A stretch of DNA of 64,000 nt from Cycas panzhihuaensis (lineage: Eukaryota; Plantae; Cycadophyta). A program made the position numbers and the translations under genes. This document shows, one piece after another, positions 11,582 to 25,544 of the stretch; positions within the stretch are counted from its first letter, which is position 1; each line of letters starts with the position of its first letter. The notes under the pieces were generated by a model, which did not search any database, was not told where the DNA came from, and saw nothing but the letters and a program-made list of their open reading frames with translations. The stretch spans positions 196,299,741-196,363,740 of the forward strand of contig CM041465.1 in assembly GCA_023213395.1 (NCBI GenBank), read 5' to 3'.

Positions 11582-13300
11582 GAATGGCCCTAGTTTCTAG
11601 TAGCCCTATAATCAATTACTTAATCATATTTTTGTGTTGAAATAGAAGACTACAAGTCCAAATGTTGATTAGACGTAGCTTTAGCTTAATAAAATACTTC
11701 GTTCCCATGTGTTATGGGGATTTATTATGTAGCTTTTAAAATAGCTAAGTATGTTGCAATAAAAGATTAGAGATTTGGGCATATCAATTTTCCTTAGGAT
11801 TGTTCCCAAATGGCATAAAGTTAAAACATCATTTCTCCTCCTCCTTATTCTATTAACATCTCTATTCAATATGATATAATGAATTGAATTGATTGAGAGT
11901 ATATTCTAAATGGCAGGTTCTTCCATTCCTTTTAAATTCCATGAACATTTTGTCAAGGTTTATAGAGAAAGCTACAAATGTCTAAAACCCTTATAACCAT
12001 AGAATTATATATACTCCACTAAGTCTTCAGACAAAAATATTTAGTGATTAACTCATAAATCACCAATGACTAATTTGGTTTATTTACAAATTCCATCATA
12101 CTACAGAGTTCCTTAATCCATTATCATAACCTAAAAATCGTTGGTTGACCTCATAAATATATTTAGTCTCCATGTTATGAAAATATGCAAAAAGTTGTGT
12201 GTGCTACCTATGTCTACCAAGATTGACACTTTTAATCCATTTAAGCACCTTACTATCCTTAAAGTTTGACATTGTTAAATGCTTGTAAGGGTTGATGAAT
12301 GGCCTCCTTCACTTCATTCATCCTTAGGTTAATTGTTAACATCAATTATGTCCTTACTACTTACCCTTAAATAAAATAGAATATAGGCATCTTTTAAGGC
12401 ATATATAGCCCGTTTAGCATTTCTTCTTTAATTAGAAGCAAACTCATTTCCTCTAGCACTTCTTTATCTTATTCTCTATTAGTCTATAAACCTCTTTCCT
12501 TTATAGTTAGATTTCTTAACTTTCTATAACTAATTTTTATCTAGAGCTTATGCTTTAAGCTCAAAACACTTCCCTTAGTAAAGAAGGAATGTATTTTTAA
12601 TATTGTAGTAATGTTACATTTTAAGATTATATTAATTTCATTCTCTTAATAGCCTTGTCCAATTCCTAAAATTTTCCCCATCTTGAGATCCATCGAATTA
12701 GAAGGCTCTAAATTCCTTATAAATAATTCTATCTTCTATTTCTTTAACATATTTATCACTAAGGGAGCTAACTCTTAAAACATGGCATTATCTTCAACTA
12801 CAGACCTTCTTATTGCAAGCCATTTAGTTAGGCAAAGTAATCATGGTTTCAAGTTCCACAAAACCTATAGTAAAAAATATCATGAAACCCATCCTATGCA
12901 ATGATTATGCTTATATATTCCTTATATTGGTCCCAATAGTAGTACCAATCATAGGATAATGCCTTTAAGTGCATTCTAATAAAATAAATCTTTTTCTATT
13001 GTGCTCCTTCTAAGGTGAAGTCTAAAGAGGCCACCTAATTGATAAATTTAAGTGAGAGGTTTCGATGTTTGCCCAGTTCATGAACTTTGGAATTTCAACT
13101 TTAATATGCATTCTTTTAGTAGGTCACCATATTAATAGCTTACATCATGATGATTCCTTATTGCTACTATTTGATTCATTCTATCCATTTTGGTTTTCTG
13201 CAATTTGTTTAAATTCGTTAACTAACATTTTAATTGCTAACTTTATATCTTAAATTTCATAAGATAATTTAGTAACTTTATCACTGAGATCCATGTTTGT
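11582..13300 (-). mobile_element. Decayed Ty3/gypsy gag-protease-RT start; right part of the split element
   Basis: Minus strand reads QTLRIVRCLNGLKVSILVDIGSTHNFL (protease, about 12190-12270) and gag-like KVEIPKF and MHLKALSYDWY (about 12940-13100). GLLETRAI at about 11583-11606 joins in frame to QSSKSSF at about 2138 once the insertion is removed. Right boundary is approximate. Confidence 0.75.
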
Positions 13301-16300
13301 TATCCCTTTTAGTATAAGATGAAACCTAGAAAAAAGAAAAAAATGTTTAAAAAAAGAGAATAAAGTAAAAACTTAATACACCAAATATAAATAACTACCA
13401 CAAGAGATTATGTTATTTGTAAAATTTGTCAGGTGGAAAATATAACTTTAATATCTTATTTTTGTTATTTTATTAATTTTCTCTCTTTTCATTTTCACAT
13501 TTTGGAAGGTAGAAAAATAGTAAAAGTGACAACTATTGGCCTCAAGACCATTTGCTTAATAAGTAGTGTTTATATATCCTTAAAAACATCTACCTCTAAT
13601 CTTTCTTTCTTTCCTTTTTCTGGGCTATTTTATTTATTTATTTTTCCAACCTAATAAAAGTAAAATTAATAAAATTTAAATAGACTTAGAAGCTAAAATA
13701 TAAATGGCAAATCATAATGTGGGAAAATATAGTTTTTTTTCCTTTTAAAAAATTAAGAATAATTATAGGAGAATAAGATTTAATCTATGGTCAATTTATT
13801 ATTATTATCATTTTCATCCCTTAAATGTTATACATAGTCATCTTAAAGAGATGCACATATGCATAGATATTAATTTATGAAAATTATTAAAAGATGTGCT
13901 TATAGCTCATATATTCATGTACTCTCATAGGTTTTCTTAGAGGTTCTCCAATATCATTAGACACCCATGAGGTGGATTATATTATAAATATGCACTCTTT
14001 TATAATACCATAATGAAGATGTCATTTTCCCAAACATTTATTATTTTATATTTCATGTTATATCTTATTTAATCTTGTTGTTATAATTCATCATATTGAA
14101 TCATTGCTTTCACTTAGGTAATTTTCTATCATAGTATTTAAGTATGATTTTATTTTCTAACAAGGTATTAAACCTTAATGGTATGATCCTTGAGAGGTTA
14201 TATTTGCTTGAAGGATTTTACTAGGACCTACTTTTGGAGGTTATGCTTAATATGATAGAGGATTATAGATTGAGTGAGTTTTAAGGCTAGGATTTCAAGT
14301 TTATAATGAGATTATTCTAAAATTGATTTAGTGGATTATGTTTATATATGTGGTGCACTTAAATATATTGCATGCAAGAATTTTAATGGTGAGCCCATAA
14401 TCTCAATTATATTTAACATTTTTATGTTAAAGGGATACATGGAAGATGACTGGATAGAGCCTTCTATGGTGTAGAGATCATTAACATTGTTATATTTTTT
14501 GATTTGATATCATCATAAGGAGAAACATCAAATGCTTCACAAATACTTCAAGATACAATCTAATATGGAAGCATTCATCACTAACTCTAATATATCACAT
14601 AATCATCAATAGAGCATACAATCATAAATAATAAACAAGAAATAAGAGTTAAGCATTCAATATTAAGATGCAAGGTTTAACATGGTAAAACCTCAAGATG
14701 AGGAAACATCTACCATAAAATATATGAGATATTATTAATAAGATATTCAATAAAGTATGTAATAAAACCATACTAGGTTCTATTGAGGAATCACTAGGTG
14801 CCTTTCATGAGTAAGAATGAATAAGATATGCCTTTATATAGTAGTAGGTCACTCATTAATGACCAATAAGGTTGTACCAATTATCTTTCAATAAGAACAT
14901 GTGTAAGAACCTTAGTAACAACCAATCGAATCAGAGTTTGCACAACTATCAGTGTTTCTCATATATTATAGCTTAAGAGAGTATCTGCAATGACTCTACC
15001 ACAATAATATCACCACTAGATAATATTAAATGACCACTATGGATTATTCACAAATTAAACATTATTTTCTAACACATCCCCTTAATGTTTAATCTTTAAT
15101 TTCCTTATCACATCATCAACTTTATCTTCTTATTAAAAAGCTTCATATGTGCTTCCTTTTTGTGTTCATTCTTCATCTCTAAAATCCATTTTCACTTTGT
15201 TAGGAGCTCATAACATTAGGTTTGTGGCCTTACAAAGTAATATTATCTTAGGTATACACCTATATGCTAATCACATTAATATCAAAGCACAATAGTCTTA
15301 CAACCAATTGTTGTTAACCTAAGGTAAGTTATTATAATCTTATTGTCATCTTGATCATGAATTTTTTGTATAATTTTAATTGGTAAAGTCTCAAATGCAA
15401 TGTTCAAATAAAGCACATGAATAGTCATAAATGTAAAATATATTTTTATATTAAAAGGACATTTCTCATCTTTATTTTTACTGTTGGCATATACTATCAC
15501 CTATATTACAAAAACACCTACAGGTTTGATTGAATTTATGTGAATAAAAATCACCAAAACACCCATGAAATACTTGTTTTATCTTTGTGTTCTTAAGAAA
15601 AGATATAAACGATAGTTGAACTCCTTCACCTTTTGCACTTTAGAGCTTTTCCCAGTCATACTCCTTTACTTTTATAAGTTGGAGATAACTAACACCTTTT
15701 GCATATAAAATGCCACATTTGCAACATCCTTATAGTTTGCATTCATCACTGAGTTGCATTGATAACCAATTATCATGCTTGTAGCTTACTAAGATGCATT
15801 TAGATATAAGGTTTATTACATTTGATATTCTTATTTAGAATCAATGTTCTCTTTTTTAACCATGTGATCTAATAAATGGAGACATATAATAACATTAATG
15901 TCTTTTATTTCTTCACATTAAATAAATATTTGAATTTTTAACTTACCCAAGATTTTTTTATCAAGGTATTGCAATAAGATGATCATCATAAATTAAGATA
16001 GTCTTCTCCCATTCTATTTTTTATTATTAGCCATATAAATTGATTAAGGGCTTCTTTCCTCATATTAATAAAATTTTAGCAAGTAAATCTCTCTCTCTCT
16101 CTCTCATCATTAAAAAAAAGTTCTCATGTGCTTAAAAAATATTTAAAATGAGCCAAATTTCATCTTTTTAATAGTATTTTTTCACTTAAAAAATACATCA
16201 AATAATATCATAAATGCATGTCAAACTATCAAATTACTACATTGCATGCAAATATGCCTTAAAAACCTTAAACAATGAACCTATAAAATATGTCAATTTT

Positions 16301-18022
16301 CACTTAAGTCATTTTCACTAATTAAAATCTGCACCAAACCTTTGTCAAACAAATCCATGTGACCATCCATGTTGAAGTCCTTAGAGTCCTCTTTCCATTA
16401 CAACTCATAGTTTTGAGTTTCAACTTCTCATATGAAAAATATAACATAAATTATGACATTGTCTCACCAAAATTTAAATTATTGCCAAAAGAAAGGGATT
16501 TAATCACTTTGTATTTTAGGTCTCAATCTTGCAAATTATTCATGTGACCACCCACTTATCATTTGGGGGTTGCAAACTCCAAATAGAAAACTAAACTAAT
16601 TTAATTCAAGGAGACTTGGGGAAATAAAACATTCACCATTTACCAATGTTAATTATTCAAATTTTTAGGTGTTATTTTTGAATTGTTTTACTTTATTTTT
16701 GCCTTACATCTTAGGCACACCCTTTGCTACATGTTAAAAGCTCAAATTAGACTTATTGTGATCTATGCTTCCATCTCTATGGTCCATTCCCTACATGAAT
16801 GACACTCAAATTTGAGCTCTACCACAACTGCCCTATATCCTACATGCCATGTGAAATCTTCAACAAACTTAAAGGGAACACATAATATGTTTATGAACAT
16901 GATAAGAACCATAGTCTTTGTTATTTTATCTTACTCAACCTATATTTAGAATTTGATCTCTACTATTAGCTTTGTTGTTCAAGACTCACAATCGATGCTC
17001 CTCATGCCCATACTTGTTTACTCACCTTGTGTCCATGAATACTAACATGCTTAATTTAAGTTAGCCTACATTTTTTCACTCAATTCATACCATGTTATGA
17101 TGCTCAACCCATACTATATTTCAAATGGCTACCATAGTGGATTACAGTTTGCAACTTGTCTTTAGATTTAATCTTGATAAATCTAAGTTTAGATTTCTTG
17201 TCAATGGACCTACCTAATCTTAGTAGGCTTCTTCAACATTAGGTTCTCTTTTGGCAATATATTATGTTCCCAATTATGATCCTCCTTCAATTAATGAAAG
17301 ACAACCATACAACATCACCATTCATATAAACAAGCCTCCAAATGAATGGTAAAAAATTGAAATATAAACACTTTTCATGTTAACTCTTCTTACCTCTATA
17401 TACATGTTGTAAAGCTGGCTTTCACTGGACTTCATTTATGTTATAATATTTTTGCTCTTAATTAGTGTTCTTTATAATTGCTATCTTTTGCAATTCTTCA
17501 CAATTAGTGTCGACTTTAGAATTGATCTAACATTTAAACCATTCCCTTAGCTCACTTTATGTTATAGGCATTTTGCCTATTTTTGTTTGCATCATGGATT
17601 TATACATGATATTTTGATACCAAATCCTTCTACAAGGACACTCAAAATTGTCTTTAGAAACTCTCTTATCTTAGATAATCTACATAACAACATGGATCAT
17701 CCTTGGATGGAGAAGATCATCACCATGTGAGTATGCCTTTAACCATTAATACTTCTCTTCTCATGGCAACGTATTGATGGTATTAATTTCTACTTGCACT
17801 TGACATATATTAACTAATATTGGCTTACTCTTATGGGGTGTAAAAGTCTATATATAAGTCTACTGCTCATTTGTTACTTTCAAACTTATGAATGCATCTT
17901 CAAAACCTGCATGCTATATGTGTGTGTGTGTGCTGCTATATGCATAATAAATATCCATAAAATAAAAACTTATAACATCAATATTACCATTAGTTTTGAG
18001 AGTCTAATGATCATTTTATATG

Positions 18023-21000
18023 TTTTGGAATATGTGATTTAATCACATTTATAATATCTAATGTTAATCAAATGACACGTACACAATCCTACCATTCACA
18101 CATACTAAGATATGTGAGATGTGCATATATCTAAGATAATCTACTATTGGATGATATAAAGGCTCAAGAGAAATAATAGGCTACTCATGATGTGAACATT
18201 ATTATAAATATGTACATACACTATTTAAGAATTTGAAAAAAAAATTAAGAAAGGAGATGTATTTATTCTAATCATTAAAAGGAGTTTCAAATCATCCTTA
18301 AAAGGAGTTTCTAATCATTAAAAGGAGTTTCAAATCATCCTTCTCTCGTGGATTTTCCCACACTAGGTTTTTCACATAGAAATCTATTATCTCTCTTATG
18401 GTGATTATTTATTTCATGCTTGATGTATTTAATACTTTATATTAATATTGATTCTTTAGATGTGTACATAACTCATGAGATTATTTTACTATTATACTTG
18501 CATCTTATATTTCATTGTGTTTACATTCTATATTTCTAATATGGTATTACAATGCAATTATAAATTCTAAAATGGTATTAGAGCCATGGTTAGTTGAAAG
18601 ATCTTATGTAGTGGGAAGAAGACTATCAAGTTGATTTGATGAGCTAGTATGAGCCAATGATAGAACCATTACGAAGCTAGTACAGGAGCTAATTATGAGG
18701 TAAATATGATGAGCCAAAAGGCTAAATATGCCAGAGTTTTATTAGTGATATGTAACCAAGATCTAGGGGCTAGATGAATAAGATATAGATGGGATGAAGC
18801 CACACAAATCTATATATAGGAGATGAATATTGATATTAATGGTATGTTGATATGCTAATTTATTATAGACAATTTATTTATGTATATTAGTACTATATTC
18901 TTAAGAGTATGTAGGTATATAAAGTAGTCAACTACTGAAGATTTATTAGTTCATTAGTAAAGGCTTTTATGATTGTCCTACCAAAGGATTCATTGTTAGT
19001 AATGAACCATTCTAAAGGCTTTTGAAAGTATCTTAGATAGAGATTCACTACCAAAATAAAACTAGTAACCTATCAGTCAGATAATAAATAGGTAGTTTGC
19101 ATGTATAGGATGTTAAGTGGCATGTTGAGGTATAGGTATATTTAATAGGAAATGATAAAAAGGTACGTGACACAATTACATCATAAAGGTACTATTATTA
19201 AAAGGGTGATATTATGAAATTTACATGAAATTTATAAGGGCATATGATATTTATGAGAATGCTATGAATATTATAGGCATGGCATGTTAATACATTTCCA
19301 AGCAGATAACTATGATCAAGGTTTTGACAAAAAAATTAATGACGTATTATAAAGAGTATGATAGCATTATTATAAAGTGTATGGTGAAAATATTGAGGGT
19401 TTCACTTATTTCTCCATGTGATGAAAATTTTATATTATTAGTGAGGCTTATTTTACATAGATAGTAGGGAATGTAATTCCATTGTTGTAACAATAGCATG
19501 ATATGATAATAATTCCATCCAAAGGCCATCAACATCGGCATATAAAAGTAATAAAATTGGATGGTGAGGGACTCAAGTTTAAAGTATTGAGTATAGTTGA
19601 GAAAATGATGAAGATACTAGACTCTCCATCAAAATCTATATGTAATATTATCAAATTTGGTCCCTTTTCTACTTGACAAATGGCAATGACTATAGTCTCC
19701 TCTATACATTAAAAGGTATATGTACTTTCTATGATCACAACCTCTAAGGTGACCAAACCTAAATGCCTCTTCCTTCTTATTGGGGACCCATACCTATAAA
19801 TCACAATCAAAGCATCCAATAAAGATGATAGAGAAAGTTATTTATTGTAGCTCGCACCACCTCAAAATAAAATCACAGCTAGAGAACTCATGATGGAATT
19901 AATCTAGAAAATGTACCAACATAGATTCAACTAGAGATTATTAAGATCTACTTGCATTAAAAAAAGTGAAATCCTCACTCGAAGCATGAAGAAGATATGC
20001 CCACTGTGAAAATGAGGAAAGAATAAAGATCATACTCGACGTTTGTAATTATGCTCGAATATTAAAGAACCTATGCTACAGAGTTACAAAGTCTAATCAA
20101 TCATAAAATTAGATCTTCAAAGCATATATATACAATTCAATTCAATGATATTCTTACTAAGAAAGATCACTTGCATATTAGTCACCTAGTAAAACCCTCG
20201 TACCAAAGAATTAATCTAGTAAAGAAAGGGAGCATAGATGGATTTTTGATCTAATAAAAAATTTTCATGGTTTTTCAAAAATTTAATTAGTTTGATAATT
20301 TTTGAGATATAATTTTAAGTCCCTAATCTATTAATTGATGGTCATATAGAGAGCCCACATGATTAGGGGCTAAGGCAAAAGGGGTAGACTTGAACTCTAA
20401 TTAAATTAAATTTGATAAATTTTATAAGGTTAAAAATTATATATAAAATTTAATTAATATTTAAAATTTATCAACATTTTATTAAGGATCACGTAGTTTT
20501 TAAAAATATACTAACACTTTTTTTAGCCTAACCTTTTATAGAAATGTTAAAATAAGGTTTATTAGTTTCATTAGAAAGAGAGCTTTGTGACGATCAAAGC
20601 GAGTGGTCATACGCCATATTTTAGATAGTCAAAGATAGAGAAAATAAAGGGTAAAGTTGATAAAAGTTCTATAAACCTCATAAAAGTTATATTTTATAAC
20701 TTGTTTCAAAAATTTTTTAATATATTTTAATGTTTTCAAATGCTTTTGATATGATGATAAAGTTATTTTTATAAGATGAATTTTTAAAAAAACCATCTTA
20801 TATCTAAAATAAAGTAATTTATAACTCATTCATGATATTTAAAGGCTCAAATCAGCTATAAAAATTCATGAAGTGAGATATATTTAATGAATTATTAAAT
20901 ATGAAAATTTATTGAAATACTGGATATGAAAATTGTCTCTTGAAAAATTATATTTGGTTTAGTGGTGGTTAACATTAAATAAATGAATAGATCACCTGAT

Positions 21001-22380
21001 ATATTTGGATATAGTTATTTGATAAATAAATGAATGAATATGAACACCTATTTGATGAATGATGGCATCACTTGATATTTAATAAATGTGCCTAATTTGA
21101 TCGGTGATGGAGAAATAAGGAGATTAAGAGAAATTTTACCTATTAATGAGACAAGGAAAAGTCTCAACAGATTATTTAATTAGCATACTAAATTAGTTGT
21201 TGATGTTCTCTAACTAATAATCAATTGTTAAGATAGTCCAATTAAAAGAAGAAAAGAAGATGAAGGAAAGTGTTTGCTAGTGAGAAATTTAACTATCCAT
21301 ACATGACAAGAGGCATGGAAACATATTGATTAATGCCACCTTATTACATCTAACTTATCTTGGCCAAGTAGTTCAACTTGTTTTTGGAGTTAGCTATTTT
21401 TGAGATGATGAATTTTTGTTGGTTAATGGATACTAAAAAGAAAGCTACTAAAATGTGTAAGTGATGAAGTATATAAAGAGAAAAAGATGAATTAGGAAAT
21501 CTTGTTTATAAGAGGCAAGTGTAGGTTTCACAATCTACTCTTACACAACACACTTGATTGTGTTGTTCTAACTTCTATGCACGAGACAAGATTATGCTAC
21601 TCTTATATAAGTAATTTAAAAAGTGATGAACTATGTATTTAAAGCAATTGTTTAAAGAACTAGTGATTACAAAGGCTAGTTACCCATGTGTTTTAGTAGA
21701 TGGTTATTATTTTATATCGACTCAGAAATTGATTGATTTATTTATTGGATGAATGGTTAATAGTTTATTATAAAAGTAGCTATACAGGCAAAGATATGAA
21801 GATTTTTAGGAAATCACTTCATATATGTTGATATTGATGTTGGTGAATAATGTTGGTTAATATTTATAGGTGTTATTATTCATAGCTAGTTATTGATGTG
21901 TATAGATGACTACATATAGGTTGATAATTATAGGTTATGAGGGATACAACATGAATACATAATAGAGGTTATATGATCATGTATACAGGTTGAAGACCAA
22001 AGGATGAGTATATGAATACTTAGAGAATTAAAGACTTGAAGACCAAGATTCAAACACGTTAAATATTAAGAGAGAATATTAGAATATGTGATTTAATCAC
22101 ATATGTAATGTTTAATATTAATGAGATGATATATACACAATCCCATTATTCATATATATTGAGATATGTGAGATGCACATATATCCAAGATAATATACTA
22201 TTAGATGATGTAAAAGCTTAAGAGAAATAATTGGTTACTCATGAGGTGAATATTATTATAAATATATACACACACCACTTAAGAACTTAAGAAAGGATTA
22301 AGAAAGGGGATGTATTTATTCTAATCATTAAAATGAGTCTCAACTCATCCTTCTCCCTTAGTTTTTCTCATATTAAGTTT
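18023..22380 (+). mobile_element. Non-autonomous LTR element with duplicated PBS; 3' LTR truncated
   Basis: 18023-18370 aligns with 22077-22380. Purine tract AAGAGAGAA precedes 22077. The 5' LTR ends at about 18541 and is followed by TGGTATTAC (18542) and TGGTATTAGAGCC (18573). Confidence 0.75.
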
Positions 22381-22587
22381 AGAAGTAGATCACCTTATTA
22401 ATGACCAATGAGATTGTACCAATTATACTCTAATAAGATCATATGCAAGAACCTTAGTAATAACTAATCAAATGAGAGTTTGTATAACTATCAATATTGC
22501 CTATATATTACATCTTGAGAGAGTATATCTAATGACTCTATCATTATAATATCACTAGTTAACAATACTAAATAACTACCATAGATT

Positions 22588-25544
22588 TGTTAGAATATTA
22601 ATGTACATTTGATTTATCCCACATGCAAGTGGGTTATACTCTTCCATAATGATTTATATTATAAATACATAATATTGTGTATCCTATTGTAATGTTGTTG
22701 TAATGATTTCTATTAATACAATGGAGGTACCTTAAGGGTATTGTTCAATCCTATGGAGGTGTGTTTTGTTCTGTTTGCAAATATTATTGTGCAGGTTGAT
22801 TTCTAACATGGTATCAGAGCGCCCAAGTTGAGAGAGGTGTTTTTGTTTGGTATTAGAGTAATGATTTGAGAGGTGCTATAACATTGAAATTTCTAAAAAG
22901 TAATGGCAAAATTGAGACGAAATAGCTCGTTCTATAAAATTTTAGTGGTCACACTACAGATTTTAGGGTGAAAGTGTGAAAATTGTAGCAGAATTAATTT
23001 TGGCCTGCATGTTTTCTGTCACCGTATTTTTAGGATAGATCTATAACCTCAACTTCAAAGAGCCATAATTTTGGCTACAGGTATCCAAATGACCTTAATT
23101 ATTTTTTATTTTATGCATTTTTTAATTATCTTTCTAATGGAAGTGGTTTGAGGTTCATTAGAGTTCAAAATAAAAAGTTATTATCAGTTTATCAGAAGGT
23201 ACTATTAAAACCCCTAGAAACCCTAATTATGAAATTCTTAAAAGGAGTATAACTTTTGATCTAGATATCAGAATTCAATTTCGTCTAAACTGTTGGAATC
23301 ATATTTTAGAGGCCATCATTTTCATCTATATTTTATATATTTTTGAGCTATACATTTTTTCATAAATAAGTTTTTGGGAATTTAAGGGTTTCATATTGAT
23401 ATAGTGACATGAATGAGACAATGGTAATGAAGTGATTGTTTGAGGCTCTCTTATGTATCTTTTGCATGGGAAAGTATTGTTGCAATGTGAGATGATATTA
23501 AGTCATATTGATGTGAATATATTTGGCACTCTATTAGTGGTTTGAGATGTATGATGGTGATTATCTAATGATAGTTTGAGTGCTTTCTTACATATGTTTG
23601 TATGAGAGAGCTATTGTGATAATGACATAGTATGGTAATGAAGAGATAGTACATGTGTTTGCATGAATGAGTTGGATAGAATGTGATAATTAAGTGCTCT
23701 GTGGAATGTGATTTACGTGAAGGGACTTGATAGGCATAACAAAGCTAATTTGAAGGTAAGAAAGATAGTGATTTGAGGCAATGAGATGCTTGTTGCATGT
23801 GAGGTTACATGACAAGATTGGGCAATTGTTGGGCATGTTAAGAATGAGATCAAGCATGTTTGATGATGTGTTCTAATTGATTGAATGAGAAAAGAAGTAT
23901 GAGTTTCTTTTATTGAAGATACATGAGTTATAGGGAAACAAACTTTATTGAGTGGTGTTGTGGCATGAGTTGTGTTTTAGGCAATTAAGTGAAGTGTGAT
24001 GTGTCTTGGCGATTTAATGGTGACATGAGATATGCATGATTCTTGTGAGATGTATGTGGTATAAGCTTTGATTCTATGGTGAAGAAAGTGCTTCAGATAT
24101 TCTTTGTATGTGACTATTTGGCAATATGTGAGATGTATAAGGCAATGATGTGATGATGAAGTCAGTCATATGAGGGACATGAGACATGAGAAAGTTTGTT
24201 GAGATTGATGGGTGAATTTGTTGATTGGAAAAGGGACATGGTGTTAGAAAATATCATTTACAATCATAGAGGATAATGATTTGGCTATATATGCTCCTGA
24301 AACAAATGAATATTACTTAAGGGATTTGTTTCTTCCAGTACTTAAGTGTAATGGTGAAGACTACTTCTTTTAGACAATTAAAATAAGATGTTTATTCATA
24401 GTTAGAGGTTTGTGGAAGATTGTTACTGATAAATATGATATCCCTAAGGATGAAGAAGAAAAGGAAATACTTGAGAAGAAAGATAGAAAAGCATTCATTA
24501 TGATTTGAGCTGCATTCAATGAGGTTGATCTTCCTTCCAGATTCCATTTTGTCATTCCTATGATTCTACATGTAAGTAATGCTAAAGAAGCTTGGGATTT
24601 TCTAAAGGAAGTATTGGAACAAACTCCTAAAGAAACACAACGAATGATTAAAAAAATAATTAAGGCTAGTTATGGTACAGGTATAATGAATGAAGAAAGT
24701 ATCATCAACACTGATAAAACAACATGTCAAGATGAAGAATGTCTGAGCACTGACGAAACTTCTACTGTTGAATGCATTGATGAGATTACAGATAAAGACA
24801 TTGAAAGTGATGAATTGATTTCAAGAGAAATTGAATCTAATGATCCCATAAAGGATGAGTCTTATATTGATGATATTCCTTCTTTAAACATTGATTCAAG
24901 TTCAAAGAGTGTGTTAATTGATCAAGATTCCGCTCCAAAGATTGAAGAAGTCACTGTTATACATGATGATCAAGAGTTTATACAGGATAATGATGATCGG
25001 CAAGTTGTGATTGAAGATAGTTACTTATAGGATCTTCATCAGACTAGATCAGTTGCAATATGGAAACATGATTTATACTTACTAGAGCAGCTATATCAAT
25101 GTCGTCACTACAAAATTAAAGATGGAAATCAAGTTGAAGATATCATCTTACAAAGGCATCAATACAGAATTGAAGACAAAAATCAAGATGAAGACATCAT
25201 TCTGCAGCAAAGATGTCACTACAAGATTGAAGACAAGGAGCAGGTTGAAGACATCATTCTCAAGACATTTCCAAGGACAAAGCGTTGTAAATACAAATGA
25301 CCCAAATGTACATTAAGGGGGTGTGTTAGAATATTAATGTACATTTGATTTGTCCCACATGCAAGTGGGTCATACTCTTCCATAATGACTTATATTATAA
25401 AAACACAATATTGTGTATCCTATTGTAATGTTGTTGTAATGATTTCTATTAATATAATGGAGGTACCTTAAGGGTACTATTCGATCCTATGGAGGTGTGT
25501 TTTGTTCTGTTTGTAAATATTATTGTGCAGGTTGATTTCCAACA
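22588..25544 (+). mobile_element. TR-GAG-like non-autonomous copia-type element (gag only, 221-bp LTRs)
   Basis: LTRs 22588-22808 and 25324-25544 (TGTTAG...AACA) differ at about 11 positions. TSD AGATT is perfect, PBS TGGTATCAGAGC is at 22809-22820 and PPT AAGGGGG at 25315-25321. No pol domains. Confidence 0.93.
24249..25300 (+). pseudogene. Copia-type gag N-terminus fused to an acidic linker and three ~18-aa repeats; three in-frame stops
   Basis: One frame reads LPVLKCNGEDYFF*TIKIRCLFIVRGLWKIV...KKDRKAFIMI*...SNAKEAWDFLKE (DUF4219/UBN2-type gag), then a D/E-rich stretch, then the repeats. Stops at 24371, 24506 and 25028 each revert by a single transition. Confidence 0.8.

Noticed and set aside
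14584-14594. Possible minus-strand PBS (ACTCTAATATA) beside the 14.6-15.07 kb LTR
   Set aside because: Too degenerate in AT-rich sequence to support.
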